DNA of 63,967 nt, filler included, from Vicugna vicugna (GCA_013265495.1; 77 parts of 72 records of this genome joined end to end with filler, not necessarily neighbours in it); one strand, 5' to 3'; counted from the first letter of the whole stretch, positions 10,843-23,965 are shown. Made by a program: numbers and translations. The notes: generated by a model not told the origin, from the sequence alone.

Positions 10843-11671
10843 GAAAAATTTGTCCTCACAGAAATCCCATGCAATTGTGTAGAGCCATGGGTTTAAATTT
10901 TTCACTTAACCAAGCCCTAGAAGTCTACATTAGATAGCTGAAATTACCTGACCAGAAGAGATGAAGAAATACAGTAAAAGGAAAAGGAAGTACCATTTTC
11001 AGTTCCAAAGAAATTGAAGGCCCTAAAGATAAGCTTTCAGACAACTAGACTGCAAAACGCTCTCCAGAGCAAGTATTGAAAATGGAGGTGAGGAAAACAC
11101 TGAAGAANNNNNNNNNNNNNNNNNNNNNNNNNNNNNNNNNNNNNNNNNNNNNNNNNNNNNNNNNNNNNNNNNNNNNNNNNNNNNNNNNNNNNNNNNNNNN
11201 NNNNNNNNNNNNNNNNNNNNNNNNNNNNNNNNNNNNNNNNNNNNNNNNNNNNNNNNNNNNNNNNNNNNNNNNNNNNNNNNNNNNNNNNNNNNNNAAAGCA
11301 AGTGCAAACCAATGAAAACATTGCTGTTGAATCCTGGTTGAAGACAAGGCATGAAAGACTAAAATTCGAAAGAGTCCCAGATGGAAAAGCAAGAGATAAA
11401 GAAACAAACAATGTTTGAAAAGTTATGTGTAGAAACATCAGACTGAAACTTGCTGAAAGCCATGATAGAATCATCTAGGCGAATTCAGGAAGTACACAGC
11501 GTCCAAAGGGGTGGAATCCCAATAGACGTAGCAGCAGATATATGATCCAAATCAACAAAGTTCATGAGCATCCCAGTGATTTAAAATGCGCCTGGAGGAA
11601 ATCAACATAGTCAGAAGAGAACCTAAAGAGGGGTTTCAGCTGCTATATCAGCAGCAATATTGCAGGACAGG
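10843..11671 (+). mobile_element. Heavily diverged L1 ORF1 region
   Basis: Remnant ORF1p motifs (RVPDG, IQEVHSVQ, ISAAILQDR) with many stops and indels; A-rich sense strand. Confidence 0.6.
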
Positions 11672-11771
11672 NNNNNNNNNNNNNNNNNNNNNNNNNNNNN
11701 NNNNNNNNNNNNNNNTTAATTAATTAANNNNNNNNNNNNNNNNNNNNNNNNNNNNNNNNNNNNNNNNNNNN

Positions 11772-13125
11772 TGTGTTCTGCATTCCATATTCTAAATTCT
11801 ATATTCAGTATTCTGTGTTTTATATTATAAAATCTGTGTTCCGCATTCGACATTCTAAATTCTATATGCACTATTCTGTATTCTCTATTCTAAATACTGT
11901 GTACTGCATTCCATGTTCTAAATTCTGTTTCTGTTTTCTTTTTTCCATATTCTATAATCTGTTTTCTACATTCTATATTCTGTATTCTATATTCTGCATT
12001 CCGTATTCTATATTCTATATTGTGTGTTCTTCATTCAATATTCTAAACTCTATATTCAGTATTCTTTATTATATATTCTAAATTCTGTGTTCTACATTCT
12101 ATATATTAATTGTATATTCAGTATTCTGTATTCTATATTGTAAATTCTGTGTTCTGCATTCCATGTTCTAAATTATGGTGTCAATNNNNNNNNNNNNNNN
12201 NNNNNNNNNNNNNNNNNNNNNNNNNNNNNNNNNNNNNNNNNNNNNNNNNNNNNNNNNNNNNNNNNNNNNNNNNNNNNNNNNNNNNNNNNNNNNNNNNNNN
12301 NNNNNNNNNNNNNNNNNNNNNNNNNNNNNNNNNNNNNNNNNNNNNNNNNNNNNNNNNNNNNNNNNNNNNNNNNNNNNNNNNNNNNNNNNNNNNNNNNNNN
12401 NNNNNNNNNNNNNNNNNNNNNNNNNNNNNNNNNNNNNNNNNNNNNNNNNNNNNNNNNNNNNNNNNNNNNNNNNNNNNNNNNNNNNNNNNNNNNNNNNNNN
12501 NNNNNNNNNNNNNNNNNNNNNNNNNNNNNNNNNNNNNNNNNNNNNNNNNNNNNNNNNNNNNNNNNNNNNNNNNNNNNNNNNNNNNNNNNNNNNNNNNNNN
12601 NNNNNNNNNNNNNNNNNNNNNNNNNNNNNNNNNNNNNNNNNNNNNNNNNNNNNNNNNNNNNNNNNNNNNNNNNNNNNNNNNNNNNNNNNNNNNNNNNNNN
12701 NNNNNNNNNNNNNNNNNNNNNNNNNNNNNNNNNNNNNNNNNNNNNNNTTCCATGTTTTATATTCTGTGTTGTATATTCTCTATTCAATATTCTATATTTT
12801 GTATTCTTCATTCTATATTCTACATTCTATATTCTGCATCCGTATTCTATATTCTTTATTCTGTGTTCTACATTCTATATTCTAAATTCTATATTCAGTA
12901 TTCTGTATTCTATATTCTAAATTCTGTGTTCTGCATTCCATGTTCTGAATTCTTTATTCTATATTCTAAATTCTGTGTTCTGCACTCCATGTTCTCAATT
13001 CAATATTCAGTATTCTGTATTCCATATTCTAAATTCTGTGTTCTGGATTCTATGTTCTATGTTCTATGATCAGTATAATTTATTATATATTCTAATTTCT
13101 GTGTTATGCATTCCATGTTCTAAAT
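11772..13125 (+). repeat. SatD 7-bp/63-bp satellite (with internal gap)
   Basis: TTCTAAA-TTCTATA-TTCAGTA-TTCTGTA-TTCTATA-TTCTAAA-TTCTGTG-TTCTGCA-TTCCATG readable at about 12880-12942. Confidence 0.93.
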
Positions 13126-13225
13126 NNNNNNNNNNNNNNNNNNNNNNNNNNNNNNNNNNNNNNNNNNNNTTAATTAATTAANNNNNNNNNNNNNNNNNNN
13201 NNNNNNNNNNNNNNNNNNNNNNNNN

Positions 13226-15266
13226 GCGTGGAGATGTCTCTCGAGCTCCCCCACGCACTGACAGTTGTTCAAGAATCCTGAGTGTGTGGAGGTTCCCCCA
13301 ACGTTCGGCAGCGCGTGGGTTCTAACGGAATGCCTAACCTCGTCTCCCCTGAGGCTTTTCCTAATGTCTCTGTTCCAGGGAATGCTAGGGGGGTTTGCAG
13401 GATATCCCAGTGACAGNNNNNNNNNNNNNNNNNNNNNNNNNNNNNNNNNNNNNNNNNNNNNNNNNNNNNNNNNNNNNNNNNNNNNNNNNNNNNNNNNNNN
13501 NNNNNNNNNNNNNNNNNNNNNNNNNNNNNNNNNNNNNNNNNNNNNNNNNNNNNNNNNNNNNNNNNNNNNNNNNNNNNNNNNNNNNNNNNNNNNNNNNNNN
13601 NNNNNNNNNNNNNNNNNNNNNNNNNNNNNNNNNNNNNNNNNNNNNNNNNNNNNNNNNNNNNNNNNNNNNNNNNNNNNNNNNNNNNNNNNNNNNNNNNNNN
13701 NNNNNNNNNNNNNNNNNNNNNNNNNNNNNNNNNNNNNNNNNNNNNNNNNNNNNNNNNNNNNNNNNNNNNNNNNNNNCCACGCACTGAAAATGGTTCCGGA
13801 ATCCTGAGCGTGGGGAGGTTCCACCAACGGTCGGCAGCGCGTGGGTTCTAACGGAATGCCTAAGCTCGTCTCCCCTGATGGTTTTCCTAATGTCTCTGTG
13901 GCAGAGAAAGCTAGGGGGATTTGCAGGGTATCCCAGTGACAGAGGCTGCCTCCACAAGTTCAGGGAAGGTATTTATCGGACTTTCCCGAAGAGGGAACAA
14001 CTGTGACTGAAGAGTGCTGCGTGGAGTTGTCTCTAGAGGTCCCCCACGCACTGACAAAGTTTCCGGAATACTGAGCGTGTGTAGGTTCCACCAACTTTCG
14101 GCAGCACGTGGGTTCTAACGGAATGCCTAAGCTCGTCTCCCCTGAGGGTTTTCCTAATGTCTCTATGCCAGGGAATGGTAGGGGTGATTGCAGGATATCC
14201 CAGTGACAGAGGCTGCCTCCCCAACTTCANNNNNNNNNNNNNNNNNNNNNNNNNNNNNNNNNNNNNNNNNNNNNNNNNNNNNNNNNNNNNNNNNNNNNNN
14301 NNNNNNNNNNNNNNNNNNNNNNNNNNNNNNNNNNNNNNNNNNNNNNNNNNNNNNNNNNNNNNNNNNNNNNNNNNNNNNNNNNNNNNNNNNNNNNNNNNNN
14401 NNNNNNNNNNNNNNNNNNNNNNNNNNNNNNNNNNNNNNNNNNNNNNNNNNNNNNNNNNNNNNNNNNNNNNNNNNNNNNNNNNNNNNNNNNNNNNNNNNNN
14501 NNNNNNNNNNNNNNNNNNNNNNNNNNNNNNNNNNNNNNNNNNNNNNNNNNNNNNNNNNNNNNNNNNNNNNNNNNNNNNNNNNNNNNNNNNNNNNNNNNNN
14601 NNNNNNNNNNNNNNNNNNNNNNNNNNNNNNNNNNNNNNNNNNNNNNNNNNNNNNNNNNNNNNNNNNNNNNNNNNNNNNNNNNNNNNNNNNNNNNNNNNNN
14701 NNNNNNNNNNNNNNNNNNNNNNNNNNNNNNNNNNNNNNNNNNNNNNNNNNNNNNNNNNNNNNNNNNNNNNNNNNNNNNNNNNNNNNNNNNNNNNNNNNNN
14801 NNNNNNNNNNNNNNNNNNNNNNNNNNNNNNNNNNNNNNNNNNNNNNNNNNNNNNNNNNNNNNNNNNNNNNNNNNNNNNNNNNNNNNNNNNNNNNNNNNNN
14901 NNNNNNNNNNNNNNNNNNNNNNNNNNNNNNNNNNNNNNNNNNNNNNNNNNNNNNNNNNNNNNNNNNNNNNNNNNNNNNNNNNNNNNNNNNNNNNNNNNNN
15001 NNNNNNNNNNNNNNNNNNNNNNNNNNNNNNNNNNNNNNNNNNNNNNNNNNNNNNNNNNNNNNNNNNNNNGCTCCCCCACGCACTGAAAATTGTTCCGGAA
15101 TCCTGAGCGTGGGGAGGTTCCACCAACGGTCGGCAGCGTGTGGGTTCTAACGGAATGCATAATCTCGCCTCCCCTGAAAGTTTTTTTAATATCTCTGTGG
15201 CAGGGAATTCTAGGGGGATTTGAAGGCTATCCCAGTGACAGAGGCTGCCTCCCCAAGTTCAGGGAA
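13226..15266 (-). repeat. SatA 267-bp satellite (gapped)
   Basis: Three sequenced blocks, all reverse-complement SatA. Confidence 0.94.
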
Positions 15267-15651
15267 NNNNNNNNNNNNNNNNNNNNNNNNNNNNNNNNNN
15301 NNNNNNNNNNTTAATTAATTAANNNNNNNNNNNNNNNNNNNNNNNNNNNNNNNNNNNNNNNNNNNNATGCCTGTAGCTCCCAGGGTTTGTACCCTTACTG
15401 GTATTGAGGATCTGCTGGCAACTCATTCTTTTTCACCAGATCATTTCTTGGTTACACGGCAGTCCTGTGACTTCCTTTTCAGAAATGCTCCTTAAGTTCG
15501 GGATTTAGTGAAAGATGCCATTTTACCTTGTACGTTCATGTTCAGGGAGGAGGAGGAAAACAGTACAGATCAGAATTGCTGTTTTGCTTTTTGTTGTTGT
15601 TGTTTTCATAAGCCGTCTCCTGTTCTCGAATAGACACTGAGCAAATGAATG

Positions 15652-15760
15652 ACTGTTACACTCCCATTTGAAGGATGAGGATACTGACACTCAGGGGGAG
15701 GAGGTAAATTTCCTGAGGTCCCAAAGACAAAAAGGGATGAGCACAGAATAAGATCCCTGC
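15652..15760 (+). mobile_element. MIR SINE core fragment
   Basis: CCCATTTGAAGGATGAGGATACTGACACTCAG ... GGTAAATTTCCTGAGGTCCCA resembles the MIR core CCCATTTTACAGATGAGGAAACTGAGGCTCAG. Confidence 0.65.
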
Positions 15761-16241
15761 AAATTTCTTGGCTGTCATCAGCCTTTAGGTCAGTGACAGA
15801 GTGTCGTGTGTAGTNNNNNNNNNNNNNNNNNNNNNNNNNNNNNNNNNNNNNNNNNNNNNNNNNNNNNNNNNNNNNNNNNNNNNNNNNNNNNNNNNNNNNN
15901 NNNNNNNNNNNNNNNNNNNNNNNNNNNNNNNNNNNNNNNNNNNNNNNNNNNNNNNNNNNNNNNNNNNNNNNCTTCCATCTGTAGCAGGAATAAGACAGCC
16001 CCAGCCTTCCCGTCTCATGAGATCAGTACTCATTCTTTTCATCCCTGTCCACCTGTACGTGATAAAGCACAGCATGATTTTCATGTCCTGCTTCAATGAT
16101 TCTTGTGGAATTAGGTGTTTGAAGATAGAAACTCATGAAAGNNNNNNNNNNNNNNNNNNNNNNNNNNNNNNNNNNNNNNNNNNNNTTAATTAATTAANNN
16201 NNNNNNNNNNNNNNNNNNNNNNNNNNNNNNNNNNNNNNNNN

Positions 16242-17094
16242 TTACATTGTTTTCATAAACATGGCATTCCGTATTCCAAACGTGTTCCATACATCACACA
16301 TTCCACAAACATGCATTTCTGAGTTGTGAACATTTGGATGACTGATGTTTCAACCACCAAACAAGGTACCTATGCAGATTGAAATGTTTACTTTGACTTC
16401 ATAGATTTTTCCTATCACCGGTTCACCGGTTCTTTTCTCCCAGAAAAAACCTCTCGGAGCGAATTCTTCCTTATAGATATGTAATTTGAATAGATTCCAT
16501 CAACATGATACTCCAATTTCCGTACATGCTACATGCATGACGGATTCGACAAACATGCATTCCTGAGTTGAGAGCATGTGCATTACTGATCTTTCATCCT
16601 CTATAAAAGGAATATTTTCATCAAGAGCCGTGTACTCATTTTCACAAGCTTTCCCTAACACCAGTTGGGCATTCGTGCATTTTTCACAGAAAAATACTTC
16701 TGGAGCGATTTAAACCTTACAGATATGTAATATACATAAATTCGATCAACATGGTATTCCGGGTTCCGTACATGCTACATGAATGACGGATTCGGCAAAC
16801 ATTCATTTCTGACTTGTGTGCATGTGGATCACTGATCTTCATTCTCTAACAAGCATATATACACTTAGAAATAGTTACTCTGAATTCATAGGTTTTTTGT
16901 ATCACCAGATATTAAAATAGGACATTAGGCAACAGACAAAACTCTTTGAGCGAATTCTTAACAATACACATATAAATTATATTGTTTACATAACCATGGA
17001 ATTCCGTATTCCGAACATGTTTCATGCGTCATGGAGTTCTCAAACATGGATTTCTGAGTTGTGAACATGCGGATGACTCATGTTTCAAACGACA
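16242..17094 (-). repeat. SatC satellite, slightly more than one full unit
   Basis: ATTGTTT...CATGG..TTCCGTATTCC at 16246 and 16981 (735 bp, small indels). Confidence 0.92.
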
Positions 17095-17194
17095 NNNNNN
17101 NNNNNNNNNNNNNNNNNNNNNNNNNNNNNNNNNNNNNNTTAATTAATTAANNNNNNNNNNNNNNNNNNNNNNNNNNNNNNNNNNNNNNNNNNNN

Positions 17195-17651
17195 GATTTT
17201 GTATTCTGCAAGTTTACTAAGTTTGTTGACTGTTACAAGTTACAAGACTTACAAGAAGTCTATGGGGTTTTCCACCTATGTATAATTATGTCATCTGTAA
17301 AAATTTTACTGCTTGTTTACAAGTTGGATGCCTTTTATATTTTTTCTTCACTCGATTTTCTGGCTAACACTTCTAGTAGTGTAATTTAGGACTTGTGAGA
17401 ATGAGCTATTTTTTCTTATTACTGGACCAGAGGAACACCTTCCTGTATGTTAACATTGAACTTGATATTAGTCACGGGTTTTTCATAAATGGCATTTTTT
17501 ATCTTTAGTTATATTCTATCCAGAGAGAATTTGTTAAGAATTTTTTGTATACAAAAGTTAAGAAAAGTTCTGTCAATAATTATCCTACATTTTTTGAGAT
17601 TATTTATTTTGAATTCTCTGTTTTCTAAGGGATGGTATCACATTTATTGAT
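17195..17651 (-). mobile_element. Degenerate L1 ORF2 fragment
   Basis: Antisense L1 RT-region pattern (GATTTTGTATTCTGCAAGTTTACT ... ATGTCATCTG ... TGGATGCCTTTTAT ... CACATTTATTGAT). Confidence 0.75.
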
Positions 17652-18323
17652 NNNNNNNNNNNNNNNNNNNNNNNNNNNNNNNNNNNNNNNNNNNNTTAAT
17701 TAATTAANNNNNNNNNNNNNNNNNNNNNNNNNNNNNNNNNNNNNNNNNNNNACTACAGTTTGTAAACAGCAGAGTTCTCTTCCCTCACAGCTCAGATACA
17801 TGCAGGACACAAGGATGCTTAGCTAATGACCAACAGTGGGTAGCAAAGGCCAAGAGTGGGGTGGGGTGGAGAGATGGGACCACCTTCTGGAAGAACCTCT
17901 GCCCCAGGGGACCAGGAAGTTAATGGGGATGCACAAAGGGTTTATATGGCCTCATCAGGTAGTTCCTACTTTAAACTGATAGTCTGGAATATATGGTCAA
18001 ATACGGTGGAATGACTGCTTTTATTTTAGGTTCTACAAACTCTTAAATGGATAGATTTCTATCTAATTACACAAGACTGCTGGGTAACCTTTGTAGTCAT
18101 GTGAGGATCAAGAGAGTGATTACTTATTAATACTATTACCATGCGTCTAATGAATTAACACTTCAGCAACAGTATAACGGCCACGCTTCTTAACAACTGC
18201 CTCTGTAAGAGTTCTTGTAAGTCNNNNNNNNNNNNNNNNNNNNNNNNNNNNNNNNNNNNNNNNNNNNTTAATTAATTAANNNNNNNNNNNNNNNNNNNNN
18301 NNNNNNNNNNNNNNNNNNNNNNN

Positions 18324-19143
18324 GTGCCCCCCGAGGGACTGAGGAAGTATTTAGATGAATTCTCCATATATGGAATCACCTGAGCACCCATTCATCTTCA
18401 TGGAGTGGGGCTTCTAACCTCCCCATCACACAAGGTTGGGTTCCAGTATCCTGACGGTTGGGTAGTTCCTTCAACTGACATTAGCATCTTGGTTTTAATA
18501 GAATCCTTTTGCTTGTCTTCCCTGATGGTTTGCCTAGGCCAGTGTGTGTTTGACAGTGGGATTTGGGCTCTAAAACTAAGTATCAGCGTGTGCCTCTCCA
18601 TGTGTAGTGGAGATGTTTAAACTACAACCCACATCTTGGGAATTACTGTGACCCCTAAAAAATGCGTGTACTTTGTTTCCCCACCTCCAGCACACACACG
18701 AAGTTTTCTGGTATCCTGAGTGTGGGGAGGCTCCTGCAACTGACAATAGAAGCTGGGATCTAATTGGATCCATTAGATTGACTTCCCTGAGTATTTTCCT
18801 TGGCCAGGTTTTTAGCGAAGTTATGGGTTGTTCTCTAAAACCAAGTATTAGCGAGCTCCTATCTTTTGGCAGTGGAGGTGGTTAAAGTATATCCCCAACC
18901 TGGGAACACCTGTGCCCCCATAAAGATGTGTGGACTCAGTTTCCCTCCTCCAGCACACACACGATATCTGGCTCAGATGTTTTGTGTGTGGAAACAGCAG
19001 CGCCTGGGTTCTAATACAATACATTTACTTCTCTTCAATGATGGCTTGCCAAGGGCAGAGTGCGGGGGAAATTGGTAGTTGGGCTGTAAATCCAAGTAAT
19101 AGCGAGTGCTTCTCCATGGGAAGAGGAAATTATTCACCAAAAT
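18324..19143 (-). repeat. SatA2: diverged SatA-related satellite with multiple monomer types
   Basis: TATCCTGAGTGTGGGGAGG ... CTGGGTTCTAAT motifs about every 250-270 bp; first 360 bp closely match 48121-48484. Confidence 0.85.
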
Positions 19144-19243
19144 NNNNNNNNNNNNNNNNNNNNNNNNNNNNNNNNNNNNNNNNNNNNTTAATTAATTAAN
19201 NNNNNNNNNNNNNNNNNNNNNNNNNNNNNNNNNNNNNNNNNNN

Positions 19244-19981
19244 TCTTCAGTCACAGGTTTTCCCTATTTGGGGAAGTCCGAGAAATACTTTCCCTGACCT
19301 TTGTGTTGCAGCCTCGGGCACTGGGATATCCTGCAATCACCCCTAGCATTCCCTGGCACAGGGACATTAGGAAAACCCTCAGGGGAGACGAGCTTATGCA
19401 TTCCGTTAGAACCCACGCGCTGCCGACCGTTGGTGGAACCAGTCAGTGCGTGGGGGAGCTCGAGAGACAACTCCACGCAGCTCTCTTCATTCACAGGTGT
19501 TCCCTGTTTGGGGAAGTCCGAGAAATACCTTCCGTGACCATGGGGAGGCAGCCTCTGTCACTGGGATATCCTGCAAACCCCCTTAGCATTCCCTGGCACA
19601 GAGCAATTAGGAAAGCCCTCAGGGGAGACGAGCTTAGGCATTCCGTTAGAACCCATGCGCTCCCGACATTTGGTGGAACCTACCCAAGCTCAGGATTCTG
19701 GAACAATTGTCAGTGCGTGGGGGAGCTCGAGAGACAACTCCACGCATCTCTCTTCAGTCACAGGTGTTCCCTGTTCGGGGAAGTCCGAGAAATACCTTCC
19801 CTGACCTTGGGGAGGCAGCCTCTGACACTGGGATATCCTGCAATCACCCCTAGTATTCCCTGGCAGAGAGACATTATGAAAATGCTCAGGGGAGACGAGC
19901 TTAGTTATTCCGTTAGAACACACGCGCTGCCGAACTTTGTTGGATCCTCCCCACGCTCAGGATTCCGGAATCATTGTCAGT
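19244..19981 (+). repeat. SatA 267-bp satellite
   Basis: CTGGGATATCC at 19321, 19561 and 19828 (240-bp deleted monomer, then 267). Confidence 0.95.
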
Positions 19982-20081
19982 NNNNNNNNNNNNNNNNNNN
20001 NNNNNNNNNNNNNNNNNNNNNNNNNTTAATTAATTAANNNNNNNNNNNNNNNNNNNNNNNNNNNNNNNNNNNNNNNNNNNN

Positions 20082-20925
20082 TATTATGACTTCGTAGCTT
20101 CTGCATATCACCAGTTTGAAGAATCAGACTTTGATCCCAGAAAACCCTCTTGGAGCGAATTCTACCCAAGAGATATGTAATTTGAATACATTCCATCTAC
20201 ATGATATTCCGTGTTCCTTACATGCTACATACATGACGGATTTGACAAACATGCATTCCTGAGTTGAGAGCATGTGAGAGCATGTGTATTACTAATCGTT
20301 CATCCTCTATAAAAGGAGTATTTTCATCTAGACACGTGTACACATTTTCACAAGCTTTCCCTAACACCAGGTTCGAATTTATGAATTTTTCACAGAAAAA
20401 TAGTTCTGGAGCGATTTCCACCTAACAGATATGTAATTTACATGTATTCCAACAACATGGATTTCCGGGTTCCGTACATGATACATGTATGACAGATTTG
20501 ACAATCATGATTTTCTGACTTGTGAGCACGTAGATTACAGACCTTTCACCCTCCGAACAAGGCGTATATAGACTTAGAAATATTTACTCTGACTTCATAG
20601 GTTTTTCCTATCACCGGTTCTAAAATCGGACATTTGGCACCAGAAAACACTCTTTGAGCGAATTCTCACCAATACACATGTAATTTACATTGTTTACATA
20701 ACCATGGCATTCCGTATTACGAACATGATTCATGCATCNNNNNNNNNNNNNNNNNNNNNNNNNNNNNNNNNNNNNNNNNNNNNNNNNNNNNNNNNNNNNN
20801 NNNNNNNNNNNNNNTGACTTTCAACAATCAAACAAGTTAGTTACGCACTCTGAAATATTTACTTAGACTTCACAGCTTCTTCCTATCACCAGATTTAAGA
20901 ATCACACTTTGATCCCACAAAAAAC
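20082..20925 (-). repeat. SatC satellite
   Basis: Reverse complement of the 741-bp unit. Confidence 0.92.
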
Positions 20926-21044
20926 NNNNNNNNNNNNNNNNNNNNNNNNNNNNNNNNNNNNNNNNNNNNTTAATTAATTAANNNNNNNNNNNNNNNNNNN
21001 NNNNNNNNNNNNNNNNNNNNNNNNNACTGCTACTAATTCTTAAA

Positions 21045-21070
21045 ACACACACACACACACACACACACAC
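21045..21070. repeat. (AC)n microsatellite
   Basis: About 13 AC units. Confidence 0.9.
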
Positions 21071-21513
21071 GACAGACCCATCCGTATCTGTGAACAAAAA
21101 GATATCAAGTTCAAACAAATTTCAAGAAGTGTCATTCACCTTTTCCATATCCATGGCACTTTTCCTTCTTTCTTAACATAAAGAACTCTAAATTCAACTT
21201 ACCAGTAAGTTTTAGAGCCAGGTTAAAAATCTTTCTCTTAAAATTCATCAAGTTCTTCACAGATAATTAAGTTATTAAACTATCTATTGATCAAAATGAA
21301 AATGCATATCCCCTTAGATACAGTGAGTTCTCCTCTAGGAATTCATTTTACAAAAAAAAAGTATATATTTAAAGATATATAGAGGGATGTTCATTAAGCA
21401 TTGTTTAAATGACNNNNNNNNNNNNNNNNNNNNNNNNNNNNNNNNNNNNNNNNNNNNTTAATTAATTAANNNNNNNNNNNNNNNNNNNNNNNNNNNNNNN
21501 NNNNNNNNNNNNN

Positions 21514-21983
21514 CAGGGAAGAGAAGCTTAAGGATTCTACTAGAATACTGGCACTGCTCTCAGTTGGAGGATCTTTCCCAATCTCAGAATTCCGGAAGCC
21601 AACCTTGTGTGGCGGGGAGATGTGGAGCCACAATCCAAGTAGATGAATGGGGTCACACTTGTTTCCCATTAGGGAGAAGTCCTCTAAATAATTCCATATT
21701 CCATCNNNNNNNNNNNNNNNNNNNNNNNNNNNNNNNNNNNNNNNNNNNNNNNNNNNNNNNNNNNNNNNNNNNNNNNNNNNNNNNNNNNNNNNNNNNNNNN
21801 NNNNNNTTAGAACCCAGGCGCTGCTGTCATTTGGAGGAGCCTCCCCACAATCAGGATACCTGAGCACGTCTCCGTGTGTGTGCTGGAGGTGGGGAATCAG
21901 AGTCCACGCATGTTTATGGGGGCACAGGTGTTCCAAGATTGTGGAAGAAGTTTCAAATCCTCCACTGCCCACAGGGATGCACT
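21514..21983 (+). repeat. SatA2 diverged satellite
   Basis: TTAGAACCCAGGCGCTGCTGTCATTTGGAGGAGCCTCCCCACAATCAGGATACC aligns to the SatA core; near match to about 48713-48890. Confidence 0.85.
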
Positions 21984-22083
21984 NNNNNNNNNNNNNNNNN
22001 NNNNNNNNNNNNNNNNNNNNNNNNNNNTTAATTAATTAANNNNNNNNNNNNNNNNNNNNNNNNNNNNNNNNNNNNNNNNNNNN

Positions 22084-22589
22084 TATTTTTTAGGTTTCAC
22101 ATGTAAGTGATAAAATAAAGCATTTCTTGTTCTCTATCTGACTTATTATGCTAAGTGTAATATGTTCTGGGTCCAACCGGATCATTGCAAATGGCAGAAT
22201 TTCTTAAGACTGAGTAATATTTCATTGTGTTTACATATGTACATATATAATGAGATATAGATAGATAGACAGACAGACATAAACACAATAACTTCTTATC
22301 CAGTCATCTGTTGATCAACACTTAGTTTGCTTCCATATCTTGGCTATTGTAAATAATTCTGCTGTGAACATTGGGGTACATACTCTTATCAAATTAGCAT
22401 TTTCATTTTCTTTGGATATATATACCCAGGAGTAGAATTGCTGGGTCGTATGGTAGTTCTCTTTTTTTACTTTTTGAGGAACAAAATACTGTTTTGCACA
22501 GTAGCTACACCAATTCACAATCTCTCCAACCATATACTAGGGTTCCCTTTTCTCCACATTCTCTCCAGTGTATATTGTTTGTAGACTTT
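22084..22589 (-). mobile_element. L1 3' end fragment
   Basis: TTTTAGGTTTCACATGTAAGTGA ... TTGCTTCCATATCTTGGCTATTGTAAATAAT ... ATACCCAGGAGTAGAATTGCTGGGTC. Confidence 0.88.
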
Positions 22590-22689
22590 NNNNNNNNNNN
22601 NNNNNNNNNNNNNNNNNNNNNNNNNNNNNNNNNTTAATTAATTAANNNNNNNNNNNNNNNNNNNNNNNNNNNNNNNNNNNNNNNNNNNN

Positions 22690-22890
22690 TCCCTGGCACA
22701 GTGAAATTAGGAAAATCCTCAGGGGAGACGAGCTGAGGCATTCCGTTTAAACCCACGTGCTGCCGACCTTTGGTGGAACCTCTCCACGCTCAGGATTCCG
22801 GAACCATTGTCAGTGCGTGGGGGAGCTCGAGAGACAACTCCACACAGCTCTCTTCAGTCACAGGTGGTCCCTGTTCGGGGAAGTCTGAGA
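22690..22890 (+). repeat. SatA partial monomer
   Basis: Direct match to SatA. Confidence 0.93.
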
Positions 22891-22990
22891 NNNNNNNNNN
22901 NNNNNNNNNNNNNNNNNNNNNNNNNNNNNNNNNNTTAATTAATTAANNNNNNNNNNNNNNNNNNNNNNNNNNNNNNNNNNNNNNNNNNNN

Positions 22991-23440
22991 GTTTATGTGT
23001 TCTGCTTTTCTAATGCAGTGACCAATATCTCAGTTAGGTTCAAATGATCTAATTTGTTATTAAGACCTCTGTTTCCTTACAGATTTTCTTGCTGGATGAT
23101 CTGATCATCACAATGGTGAGGTGTTAAACTCATCTACTCTTATTGTTTTAAAATGAATTAATTATTTCATATTTACTAAAATTTCATTTTATAATTAGGA
23201 TCTACGGTGTTGGGACATATATAATTTAATGAGTGTAATCCCCAATTTTTATATTGATGTCATTTTCTATATAATCTCATATCTCTTTCAATAATCTCAT
23301 ATTCATTATGGCCCTTATTTTAAAACCTATTTTGTATGAGTTGATCATTGCAAACTGCACTTTCTTGTCATTTCCATGGAATAACTTTTCCATTTATTTC
23401 AAGACTATGATTATCTTCCACCATAAAGTGAGACATTTTT
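22991..23440 (-). mobile_element. Degenerate L1 ORF2 (endonuclease region) fragment
   Basis: Antisense L1 pattern (GATTTTCTTGCTGGATGATCTG ... GGTGTTAAACTCATCTACT ... ATTTCCATGGAATAAC). Confidence 0.65.
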
Positions 23441-23965
23441 GGGGGAAGGCAAATATGGTGGAGCAGAAGGATGCTTGTAGCTCATCCTTTCCCACAAATG
23501 CACCAACACTCACATCCACAGACCCACTCAGCTAACCAGAGAACCTGCAGAACTGTGACAGATCATTGTACTCTTCAATCTATGAAGATGTGAAAATTCT
23601 GGTAGAAGAAAAGGAAGAAAGAAAGAAGAAAAGGCAAAACAGAGTGGGACAGGTACCATGGGGAGGGAGCAGAGGAGGACTGGTGTCCATTCACTGTGTC
23701 TCCCCTCTCCAACTGAGAGTTCAGCCAGACAGAGGGGGAGCCTCCAAGGCTTGTACCTGTACAAAGTATTAGTTGACTGACAAAACTAAGTTAAACAGTC
23801 ACAGAGGATCCCTATGAGACCCAGCAAATGATGCAGCCTGGAAGCTGGAGGCAGGGCCATGCTGCCCGAACTGGGTGTTAGATGAGGATGGCTGCACAGT
23901 GGCAGCCCAGGGGAATTGAATGGGCTTCGTGTCATGGCTGTGGGTGCACAGGGCAGTAAAACCTG
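23441..23965 (+). mobile_element. L1 5'UTR (camelid-type)
   Basis: Starts GGGGAAGGCAAATATGGTGGAGCAGAAGGATGCTTGTAGCTC (degenerate AAGATGGCGG YY1 motif); homologous to 53551-53810. Confidence 0.72.

Noticed and set aside
11772..13125. SatD TTC/GAA arrays as heat-shock elements
   Set aside because: HSEs need alternating inverted nGAAn pentamers; here TTC repeats directly at 7-bp spacing
12110..15160. Long ORFs consisting mainly of X
   Set aside because: Read-through of N gaps, not evidence of coding
19303..20037. Long ORFs in SatA (e.g. 244 aa here, also 38301-38945 and 55208-55918) as repeat proteins
   Set aside because: 267 is divisible by 3, so one stop-poor frame repeats every 89 codons. 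Other copies have stops and indels, and the product resembles no protein I know.
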